Origin: Oligoflexales bacterium
GTDB lineage: Bacteria > Bdellovibrionota_B > Oligoflexia > Oligoflexales > JALZUQ01
Length of the DNA stretch: 64,000 nt
NCBI GenBank assembly: GCA_023301465.1
Contig: JALZUQ010000035.1
Coordinates: forward strand, 320 to 64,319
Direction: 5' to 3'
Below are positions 1 through 7,678 of the stretch, one piece after another. The position numbers were made by a program, and so were the translations under genes. Below the pieces are notes generated by a model. It made no database searches. It was not told the DNA's origin and saw only the letters and a program-made list of their open reading frames with translations. Within the stretch, counting starts at the first letter, position 1, and the number at the start of each line of letters is the position of its first letter.

Positions 1-55
1 CTTTCATCTGACCCATAAAACTAATATTGACCGCGAATTAGCGGGTAGACCACAA

Positions 56-589
56 TCACTGACAAAGAGCCTGAGTGTCTTTAGGTGCTTTGTGAAGCTT
101 ACTATTTTCTTTTAAAGCACGGTATTCAAGTAGAATTAGTTCTGTTGTTGATGTGTCTTTGTTTTCAATAAGCTTTTTACAAAACATATAATAACTAAGA
201 TATTCTTTAGGCTGTAAGTCTTGGATTTGAAAAGGTAATACAAGTTTGATCTCAGCATGTTCTTCTTTTATTTTAACAAGCTTAGATGTTAGCCCTTGAC
301 CAAAATTATTAGTCTGGTTTCTGAGAAAATTCATAAATGTTAACCCCTTGTCATAACCTGAGGTATCAACAACTTTTACTCCGGAGTCTGTAGTTCGAAG
401 CTTCAAAAGAATACTGGACTTGGAGAGTTCTACTACTTCAATATCATCTTTAACTTGAGCATATATTTGATAAGACTGTCGCCCATTAAAAGAGCTATCT
501 CGTTTATCAATAGCACTTAAATCAGAAGTATCTCGTTCACGGCATGAAGTATTTATAAATAGAATAAGTAACAACAACAAACGTAACAT
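56..589 (-). CDS. Hypothetical lipoprotein
   Basis: 177-aa ORF; N-terminus MLRLLLLLILFINTSC resembles a signal peptide II with lipobox Cys; no recognisable domain. Confidence 0.55.
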   Translation of the reverse strand: MLRLLLLLILFINTSCRERDTSDLSAIDKRDSSFNGRQSYQIYAQVKDDIEVVELSKSSILLKLRTTDSGVKVVDTSGYDKGLTFMNFLRNQTNNFGQGLTSKLVKIKEEHAEIKLVLPFQIQDLQPKEYLSYYMFCKKLIENKDTSTTELILLEYRALKENSKLHKAPKDTQALCQ

Positions 590-951
590 CTAAAAATCTC
601 CTTATTTTTAATACAATAAGACAGTGGAAACAGGTTTGCAAGTTAGTTAATGTTTGCACCCCCCACATTTGAAAGTAGAAACACAACTGTTTTCATTTAC
701 AATATACGTCCGATTACTCAGGAATTTAAAAGCAACTGCTGTCATCACCTATGACCTGCCTTGGATATTCCCATCGCTTGCAATCGACGAATAGCAGACG
801 ATCTGGACAGACCAACTTTGGCCGCAACTTTTTTTGTACTCATATCACTAGCCAGATATAAGTTTTAGTAACATGGACGCCCTTTAAGAACACACTTCCA
901 AGAACTATCCGATAATTTAAAAACATCAAATAACAGCCTACAGGAGCACCT

Positions 952-1422
952 TTAATATCTAGTAAAGAAATTCTCAAGTTTATCAGAAAAAATAAGAATC
1001 GCTAAACCAAACACCGTTGTAAAAATCGCTTTACCAAAATGCTCAAGACCAATAGCTGCACCTACCGCTGCAAGCATCCAGACAACTGACGCTGATGTAA
1101 TTCCTTTAATATTACCATTTTGGGAAAAAATAACACCACCACCCAAAAAACCAATACCTGTAATCACCTGACCTAACACCCTTGTTGGGTCTGCAACACC
1201 CCCAGTAAGACTCTTACCTATAGAAATAAAAAATGCTGTTCCCACACAAACTAAAATACAGGTTCTTACACCAAAGGGTTTATCGCGTTTTTGTCTTTCT
1301 ACTCCAAATAGAAAACCACATATACTTGCTAATATTACTTTAAGCATAAATATATTCGTCACATCACCAAAAAGGACGAGAAGAAGACTCTTTAAATCGA
1401 AGCTAAAGTCTTGCATGTTCAT
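952..1422 (-). CDS. MgtC/SapB family membrane protein
   Basis: Motifs GVERQ..KPFGVRT, DPTRVLGQVITGIGFLGGGVIF, GITSAS. Confidence 0.9.
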   Translation of the reverse strand: MNMQDFSFDLKSLLLVLFGDVTNIFMLKVILASICGFLFGVERQKRDKPFGVRTCILVCVGTAFFISIGKSLTGGVADPTRVLGQVITGIGFLGGGVIFSQNGNIKGITSASVVWMLAAVGAAIGLEHFGKAIFTTVFGLAILIFSDKLENFFTRY

Positions 1423-1657
1423 TTCAATTCCTTGATTTAATCAATTCATGAGTTATATTTATTATTTTACAACATAAAGACATAATTAAGCAATAACAGT
1501 AAGAACACCCATAGGTTGGCTCTCTCTAAGCAGTCCACAAGAAGGATTGCAGAAGATGACAATAGCAAGATTCAAACAATTGACGACCTTTATCAATATA
1601 TTCTTAAAATATTGAATTTTTTTAAGCTATGAAACCGCTACTGAACGAGAATAAAAA

Positions 1658-2386
1658 CTAGTTAAGCAGCCCAACTTCTTTTAGATCGTTTAACTGAGAT
1701 TCACTTATTTTGGACGTGGTTGGATCTTGTAAATATTTGTAAACATTTTCTTCTATGCAATATAAATCTGGCTCATGTTGAAGTTCATTTCTAACAAATA
1801 ATAAATACTGAGTTTCTTTATCAGGTCGAACATTTGTTGGTTGGTTTTTATCGTTTTTTGATGCTTCAACAGCCTTAGCAATATTGAATTCTTGCTTTAA
1901 CGCACGAAATGGTTTTTTGGTAAAAACTAAAGATTTACCTGAAATCTGATCAACACTAGCCTTACACATATCTAAAACAGCATCTTCAAAACTTAAAAGA
2001 TCTTTTAACCAAACTGAATATTCTTGAAATACATGATGGTTTAAGTTGTTTTTAATACACTCAAGAAACTGTCTAGAATATTCATTTTTACCATTATGAT
2101 CACTGCTAATACGAATAGCTGATGGTTCATATACAACCTGCCAAAAATCATATAATGCACCATTATCAATAAATCGAAATAAATTTGGTAGTCGCTTCCA
2201 AAGATCGTCCCAACGACCTTCTGCTTGCTCGTTTCCGTATTTATTAAGTTCTTCATCGTTTTTGAGTGATTCAATTGTGTTTTTTTGTAAACTATTCAAA
2301 CCATCAAATAAAAGACTATCAGCTAATTCAAACCCAACTGGTTGACGAATTAACATACTCACACTTTTTAGTAGTGCATCATTCAT
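1658..2386 (-). CDS. Putative MNIO partner protein (DUF2063/HvfC/BufC-like)
   Basis: Start overlaps the DUF692 stop (ATGA, 2383-2386); pattern LNKY...LP.LF...F...Y.P...YS.QFL...WLKDLLSFEDA resembles DUF2063-type partners. Confidence 0.6.
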   Translation of the reverse strand: MNDALLKSVSMLIRQPVGFELADSLLFDGLNSLQKNTIESLKNDEELNKYGNEQAEGRWDDLWKRLPNLFRFIDNGALYDFWQVVYEPSAIRISSDHNGKNEYSRQFLECIKNNLNHHVFQEYSVWLKDLLSFEDAVLDMCKASVDQISGKSLVFTKKPFRALKQEFNIAKAVEASKNDKNQPTNVRPDKETQYLLFVRNELQHEPDLYCIEENVYKYLQDPTTSKISESQLNDLKEVGLLN

Positions 2387-3255
2387 ACTACAGACACCCC
2401 ACTTTTCATTTGATTTAAAGCATTAGGGTAAATAGTTATATCTGATTGATTTAGTATATTATTTGCAATATTTACTTCATGAATGAGTTCATTAAAGGTT
2501 GGAATATTTTGATCTCTTTCTACAATCGTAAATTGAGGTTTCTTTTTTGTAACTAGGTATTCATATAAATCCCATACAGGTTTTGGTATATTACTCCCGT
2601 GGGAATCATAAAGCACACCATCTTCTTCGCTGCCACCAGCAAGGTGTACACCCTCTACAGAGCCGAGATTAATTTCATCAATCCATTTATAGGGATCGAA
2701 ACCAAAATTAACACTATTAATATAGGTATTTGCAAGATCCATAATCATCTTACACCCAGTTTTTTCTAAGACTTTATTTATAAATTCAGTTTCACTATAT
2801 GGGCAATTAGGAACTATAAATCTATTGGTAATATTTTCTATAAGAAACGGAACCTGAACTTGATCTTGAATTCTTGAAATGTTTTCACACACTCCATTAA
2901 AAACATTATCTGTCCAAGGCAAAGTAGTTAACTGCCCCATCTCAATTCCATTGTACTTTGTAAAGCATAAGTGATCGCTATAAAAAACGGTGTTCACCTG
3001 ATTCATAACATCTTTGATTTTATCAAGATGGCTCTGATGAAACTCACCGACCGAACCAACCGACATTTCCACACTATGAATAACAACTGGCACATTTGAC
3101 CGTTGAAGCGTTTCAAGAAAAGAGGCTTTCTTACCAAAGAAAAAACTCTCCGGAATAAGCTCAATTAAAGGAAGTTGACTAATCAGGTCATCCACTCCTT
3201 CTGTATTTGCGATTTCAAATGGCAGTTCTAAACCAACACCGAATTGTTTATCCAT
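2383..3255 (-). CDS. DUF692 family multinuclear non-heme iron oxidative enzyme (MNIO)
   Basis: 290 aa with ordered motifs ELIPE, HSVEMSVGS, SDHLCF, LIENI, MDLANTYINSVN, VHLAGG, YDSHG, IVERD matching DUF692 Fe-ligand motifs. Confidence 0.92.
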   Translation of the reverse strand: MDKQFGVGLELPFEIANTEGVDDLISQLPLIELIPESFFFGKKASFLETLQRSNVPVVIHSVEMSVGSVGEFHQSHLDKIKDVMNQVNTVFYSDHLCFTKYNGIEMGQLTTLPWTDNVFNGVCENISRIQDQVQVPFLIENITNRFIVPNCPYSETEFINKVLEKTGCKMIMDLANTYINSVNFGFDPYKWIDEINLGSVEGVHLAGGSEEDGVLYDSHGSNIPKPVWDLYEYLVTKKKPQFTIVERDQNIPTFNELIHEVNIANNILNQSDITIYPNALNQMKSGVSVV

Positions 3256-3285
3256 TTTAATACCTAATTCTTATTTCTGAGATGA

Positions 3286-3330
3286 AGTAGGTGTCATAAG
3301 TAGATTACTCAACTCATGACACCATCTACT
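3286..3330 (-). promoter_or_regulatory. Long stem-loop between precursor gene and MNIO gene
   Basis: mRNA sense GGUGUCAUGAGU-U-GA-GUAA-UC-U-ACUUAUGACACC forms a 12-bp stem plus GNRA-capped tip; no U-tract follows. Confidence 0.7.
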
Positions 3331-3353
3331 AAGTTAGACAAACTTAGGATTGT

Positions 3354-3488
3354 CTAGCGACGACCGCATCTACGACCACATCTACGACCACATTTACGAC
3401 CGCATTTACGACCGCATCTACGACCGCATCTTGCAGCAGTAGTTTTTCCAGCTTCTGTGTTACCTGATAACGTGTTTAACTTGATCAT
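3354..3488 (-). CDS. Putative RiPP precursor peptide, 44 aa: MIKLNTLSGNTEAGKTTAAR-(CGR[R/K])x6
   Basis: ATG at 3488 with GGAGG at 3501-3497 (8-nt spacing), located after the ABC transporter stop; six Cys; directly upstream of DUF692. Confidence 0.88.
   Translation of the reverse strand: MIKLNTLSGNTEAGKTTAARCGRRCGRKCGRKCGRRCGRRCGRR
3360..3431. repeat. Six tandem 12-bp repeats ACGACC(G/A)CAT(C/T)T encoding the repetitive precursor core
   Basis: acgaccgcatct, acgaccacatct, acgaccacattt, acgaccgcattt, acgaccgcatct, acgaccgcatct. Confidence 0.95.
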
Positions 3489-3510
3489 TACTCTATCCTC
3501 CGTTGAGTGT

Positions 3511-5271
3511 TTAAATATATCTGTTCGATTCATCTGCAGTTGAATCGGCAAGATTGGGATTAATGTTCGAGACTTTTGAAGACTCGAAATGAACATGATG
3601 ATCTACATCCAAATTTTTTGGAGCAATATGAGAAACAAGACAAATTGATTTATCTTGTTTTATTTTATTGAGAGCATCTACTACGTAGTTCACACTTAAA
3701 TCATCCAGAGAAGCAAATGGTTCATCAAGAAGTAATATATTTCGATCGCTTAATAATGCACGAGCTAAGGAAATTCTATACTTTTCACCTTCACTCAAAT
3801 TTTTTCCTTGATCATGGATTAATGAATTTAACCCACCTTTATCCTTAAATCGCGGCATTAAGTTTAGTTGCTCAAGAACATCAAGAAGTTCTTTCTCAGA
3901 GTAATCCTGACCTAACTCTATGTTCTCTCTTAGGGTGCCTTGAAACAAAAATGGAACTTGTTCAACATATGCAGCAAGTTTTGTAGGTAAGTAGTTGCCT
4001 TTTATTCCATGGTAACTAGAAGAGAATAAATTTTGTGTGCTGACTTTCATCGACGTAAAATCAGCACTACGCAAACCACTCAGAAACTCTAGAAAAGTTG
4101 ATTTACCACAACCGGAGTGACCTTGAATTAACGTTGTTTTACCGTTTTTTAATGCAAAATTAAACGGCTCCATCAGCATCAAACCGTCAGTGGTATGCAA
4201 CTGAATATTTTTAATTTCAATACTACAAACTTGATTATTATCTAAAAGATGATCTAGATCTTGATAAATTTCTTGCTTTGGAGGTTGAAGCAACAATGCA
4301 AGTCTTCCACCTTCAATAAAGTAAAGATTCCAATCAAAAATAGAACCAATCAATGAAAGAGCACTTGAATAAAACATTCCAATATAAAAAGGAAAAACAA
4401 GAACTTCACTCAATCCAAGTTGACCTTGATTTAGAGACCATGCAGCTCCAGACAAACAAACCGTTAAAAGAACTTGAGACACAAAAGAATTCGCACCCAT
4501 TAATGACCCAATGATTTTCGCAACTTTCATGCTTGAAAAAATAAGACTGTCAATTTTATTTTTGAATTTTTTGTTCATAAAAGACTCTGCCGAAAAAGTT
4601 CGTACCGTTCGAAAACCTTCATAGTTTTCCATAAAGCCTTGAAATATTTCACCGTGAGTTGTTCTTAATGATTCTAAAAGTGGATTTACTTTGGTTTGAA
4701 TCCACAGGTTAAGAAATGCAACTAAACTTGCAGTTATCAAACATATTGTCGCAGCAAGAGGACTATGAATATAAAAAAGAATCGTAATTCCAATTACGGT
4801 GACAAAGCTCTGAATTTGAGAAGGTATGCTTACCGTTATGAAGTCTTGAGCACTCCGTAAGTCCATAGACAAACGAGTCAACCAATCTCCACGTTGACTT
4901 TCGTCAAACGATCGAGCATTTGATTTTTGTATGGATTGTAATGCTTGTATTCTAAGACTTGCTTCGACCTTTAATGTCAACCACTCCTCTACAATTTGAC
5001 TAACCACTGATGAAACTAACAAACACCCAGCAATTACTAGACCAAAAACAATTAATGGTTTTAATAAACTAGATACATCTAGGGTTTGTCCATTTGCAAT
5101 TAAGGTTGCACCATCGGTAAAGTAAATCAAAAGTCTCGGGGGTAAAAGCCCAACCAACGAACCCAGTGCTCCAATAACAATTGCTAAACAATAACGTGAT
5201 CCAAGTTGGGATACTTGTGATTTTAGGAGTTTTAAAGAAGCGGTTGTTTGTGGTGTGTGACTAAGTTTCAT
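3511..5271 (-). CDS. ABC exporter, fused TMD+NBD, no C39 peptidase domain
   Basis: N-terminal TM helices; Walker A GHSGCGKST, signature LSEGE, Walker B LLLDE, H-loop VSH. Confidence 0.9.
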   Translation of the reverse strand: MKLSHTPQTTASLKLLKSQVSQLGSRYCLAIVIGALGSLVGLLPPRLLIYFTDGATLIANGQTLDVSSLLKPLIVFGLVIAGCLLVSSVVSQIVEEWLTLKVEASLRIQALQSIQKSNARSFDESQRGDWLTRLSMDLRSAQDFITVSIPSQIQSFVTVIGITILFYIHSPLAATICLITASLVAFLNLWIQTKVNPLLESLRTTHGEIFQGFMENYEGFRTVRTFSAESFMNKKFKNKIDSLIFSSMKVAKIIGSLMGANSFVSQVLLTVCLSGAAWSLNQGQLGLSEVLVFPFYIGMFYSSALSLIGSIFDWNLYFIEGGRLALLLQPPKQEIYQDLDHLLDNNQVCSIEIKNIQLHTTDGLMLMEPFNFALKNGKTTLIQGHSGCGKSTFLEFLSGLRSADFTSMKVSTQNLFSSSYHGIKGNYLPTKLAAYVEQVPFLFQGTLRENIELGQDYSEKELLDVLEQLNLMPRFKDKGGLNSLIHDQGKNLSEGEKYRISLARALLSDRNILLLDEPFASLDDLSVNYVVDALNKIKQDKSICLVSHIAPKNLDVDHHVHFESSKVSNINPNLADSTADESNRYI

Positions 5272-5457
5272 GTTATTTTTATATCACGGCAAAATTACTT
5301 TTTGCAATATGTCAAAACGACTATGTCATACCGCCAAGAATTCGGCCGATTTGGCATACTAAATATAGTTATCTCTAAATAGTACTCTTAGGCTGTAAAG
5401 TAAATTTTGTCTGGCACATTTTTTATTTTCATTAGAACTTAAATTAAAGCACAAAAG

Positions 5458-5991
5458 CTACCTTCTACTTAAGATTTTATAAATACCAAAACACCCAATT
5501 GAAAATTGCCAGATAAACACCTTAGAGTCTTATGCACTCGCAAATGCTCCAAGCTCTAAAATAAAACCATGAAAGTTGTATCCAAAATTTACTCCGAGCA
5601 GATAACCTACATCATTATCACTACTGTTATTAACATTTGAAATTGTTGAAATATTTGCAATCTATATAGGTGAAAGATGAAAGGCGGCAACGTCTGATAA
5701 CTCATCACCATCAAAGCTATAACTACTTGAATAATAAACCAGATCCAAACCAATACCGAGAACATGCTGTTTGGCAGAAGGTTGGGACAACATATATTTA
5801 TCATCTAAACCTAACAAAAAGACAAAAGCATACTTAAGCATTAGGTCAAATTGAGGCGTAGATCGGGCTCTTACTCCAGCTTTAATGATAGGTACATAGA
5901 CATCTTCTAAAGTCTCTTACGCATCACAACTACTATCATTTATAAATCTGATATTTTGAACAGCTATGGCATCAAAACTTATCCATTCACC
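5458..5991 (-). pseudogene. Degraded outer-membrane beta-barrel-like gene
   Basis: One minus frame reads ...YVPIIKAGVRAR...HVLGIGLDLVYY...DVGYLLGVNFGYNFHGFILELGAF...WQFSIG with in-frame stops at 5917-5919, 5662-5664, 5530-5532. Confidence 0.45.
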
Positions 5992-6200
5992 TTATCCAGT
6001 TAATGATACGCGTATTAATCGCTCTAAGTTTCAATAACTCATACAAGCAGTTTATCTTAATTATAAAACAACCTCAGAAAAATAGGAATCATTGATACGG
6101 AAAATGTTTATAAGCATTTGAGTTAGCACTCAACTTGTTATCTGACGCACTCCCTGATATAAATATAACTACTATTTTATAAGATTAGGAGTTCAGTATA

Positions 6201-6962
6201 ATGCGTCATCTATTCGTTTTAAGTATGTTTCTATTTAGTTCTATTGGTTTTTCACAGTTCGACCATGAACATAAAGCCTTAACTTCCGTACTATCAAAAT
6301 ACATGGACTCAAAAGGCCTTGTTAAATACAAACAACTTAAAAAAGACACTAAAGCGAGCAAAAGTCACCAATTTAATAAGTACCTAAACTCAATCGCAGC
6401 AGTAAGCGTGAATACATATGGGACTTGGAACAAAAACCAAAAAATGGCTTTTCTCATCAATGCATACAATGCATTTACTGTTAAGTTGATCATCAATAAT
6501 TATCCGGTAGACAGCATCAAAGATATTGGAAGCCTCTTTAAAAAACCTTGGAGAGTTGAGTTTTTTAATTTATTGGGTGGAAAAATTAAAGCACTAGATC
6601 CAATCGAACACACATATCTTCGACCTATGTACAAAGACTATAGAATTCATGCTGCAGTGAACTGTGCATCTATCTCTTGCCCACCTTTAAGAAATGAAGC
6701 GTTTGTAGCATCAAAGCTAAATAAACAACTAGACGAACAAATGACAGCTTGGTTGGTAGATACCACGAGAAATCAGTTTTCAAAAAAATCCATAAAAATA
6801 TCCAAAATATTTAGTTGGTATGAGTCGGATTTTGCAAAATGGGGAAAAGGTGTAAAAAATGTATTAAGAAGACATTTACCTGATAACCTTAAAGGGTTTG
6901 TCACTGAAAAAATTGACATCGACTATATGGGATATAGCTGGGACTTAAACGAATCAAAGTAA
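6201..6962 (+). CDS. DUF547 domain secreted protein
   Basis: Signal peptide; AFLINAYNAFTV, RIHAAVNCASISCPPL, SKIFSWY..DF, YSWDLNE; AGGAG RBS. Confidence 0.9.
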   Translation: MRHLFVLSMFLFSSIGFSQFDHEHKALTSVLSKYMDSKGLVKYKQLKKDTKASKSHQFNKYLNSIAAVSVNTYGTWNKNQKMAFLINAYNAFTVKLIINNYPVDSIKDIGSLFKKPWRVEFFNLLGGKIKALDPIEHTYLRPMYKDYRIHAAVNCASISCPPLRNEAFVASKLNKQLDEQMTAWLVDTTRNQFSKKSIKISKIFSWYESDFAKWGKGVKNVLRRHLPDNLKGFVTEKIDIDYMGYSWDLNESK

Positions 6963-6973
6963 TACTTTTTATG

Positions 6974-7004
6974 ATAGTACCGATTTATAATAAATCGGTA
7001 CTAT
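6974..7004. terminator. Perfect 14-bp inverted repeat between convergent genes
   Basis: ATAGTACCGATTTA-TAA-TAAATCGGTACTAT. Confidence 0.65.
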
Positions 7005-7678
7005 AGATTTTGATTTTTAATCCACTCCATTAAATTCATCTGAGAACCATGAGTTTTCATATTCGATAGATAACTAAGGAGAGGATTAAGATCCTCAACA
7101 TGATCAACATCTGTTAATGTTTCATCCAACAAGCCAACTTTACCTACTGTTTTTAGTTTAGTTTCTAGTTCATCAAGTGTCGTAGACTCACTATAAGACA
7201 CGCCTTGCCATAAACTAGGTTCTAATGCTTTTTTACCGCCAAATAAATAAAAACCACCATCAGAAGCAGGGCCAAAAACAAAATCTTTTGAATTGATCAA
7301 TGCATTATGTGTTGATCGCAACTGTTTTACACTTAACTGAGGGGCGTCAGATCCTAGAAAATATACTTGCTCATGCAAAGGCTTTAACTGAGAATAAATT
7401 TGACCCAAGCGATCACCAAGCCCGCCTTCTGGTTGATAAATCAATTCAAAATTATCCCAATACTCTTCACCACCTTTTTTTGCAAGACACCAATACAAAG
7501 AGCATTCTATGCCATCTTTATGCAATAATGATTTAAACTCAATTAAAGTTTCTTGAACTGCTTTGATAGAACGGTGATAAAACTCTAAAGCGTTTGCCTT
7601 CCCAATCCCCTTAGCAAGCCTAGTTTTGATGGGTGAGATGTCTGGAGTCTTTACAAAGACAGCAATTGCAACACTCAT
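7001..7678 (-). CDS. TIGR04282/DUF2064 family (CofC-like) transferase
   Basis: Start MSVAIAVFVKTP with AAGGAG RBS; KTRLA, QPEGGLGDRL, LGSDAP, GPASDGGFYL, DVDHVEDL. Confidence 0.85.
   Translation of the reverse strand: MSVAIAVFVKTPDISPIKTRLAKGIGKANALEFYHRSIKAVQETLIEFKSLLHKDGIECSLYWCLAKKGGEEYWDNFELIYQPEGGLGDRLGQIYSQLKPLHEQVYFLGSDAPQLSVKQLRSTHNALINSKDFVFGPASDGGFYLFGGKKALEPSLWQGVSYSESTTLDELETKLKTVGKVGLLDETLTDVDHVEDLNPLLSYLSNMKTHGSQMNLMEWIKNQNL

Noticed and set aside
952-1422. MgtC/SapB gene as part of the RiPP operon
   Set aside because: Same strand but separated by ~235 bp; MgtC genes are widespread and the sequence alone gives no evidence of linkage.
3360-3431. Tandem repeat considered as a CRISPR array or non-coding repeat
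   Set aside because: Units are 12 bp, contiguous, have no spacers, there are no cas genes, and they are in-frame coding repeats.
3489-3596. N-terminal 36 aa of the 80-aa ORF-track call
   Set aside because: Overlaps the ABC transporter 3' end; the strong RBS is at ATG 3488.
5272-5460. Sigma-54 promoter for the RiPP operon
   Set aside because: TGGCA-like words are present, but I found none with correct GG-N10-GC spacing on the minus strand.
5607-5804. 65-aa hydrophobic ORF
   Set aside because: Alternative frame over the probable pseudogene; no RBS or recognisable motif.
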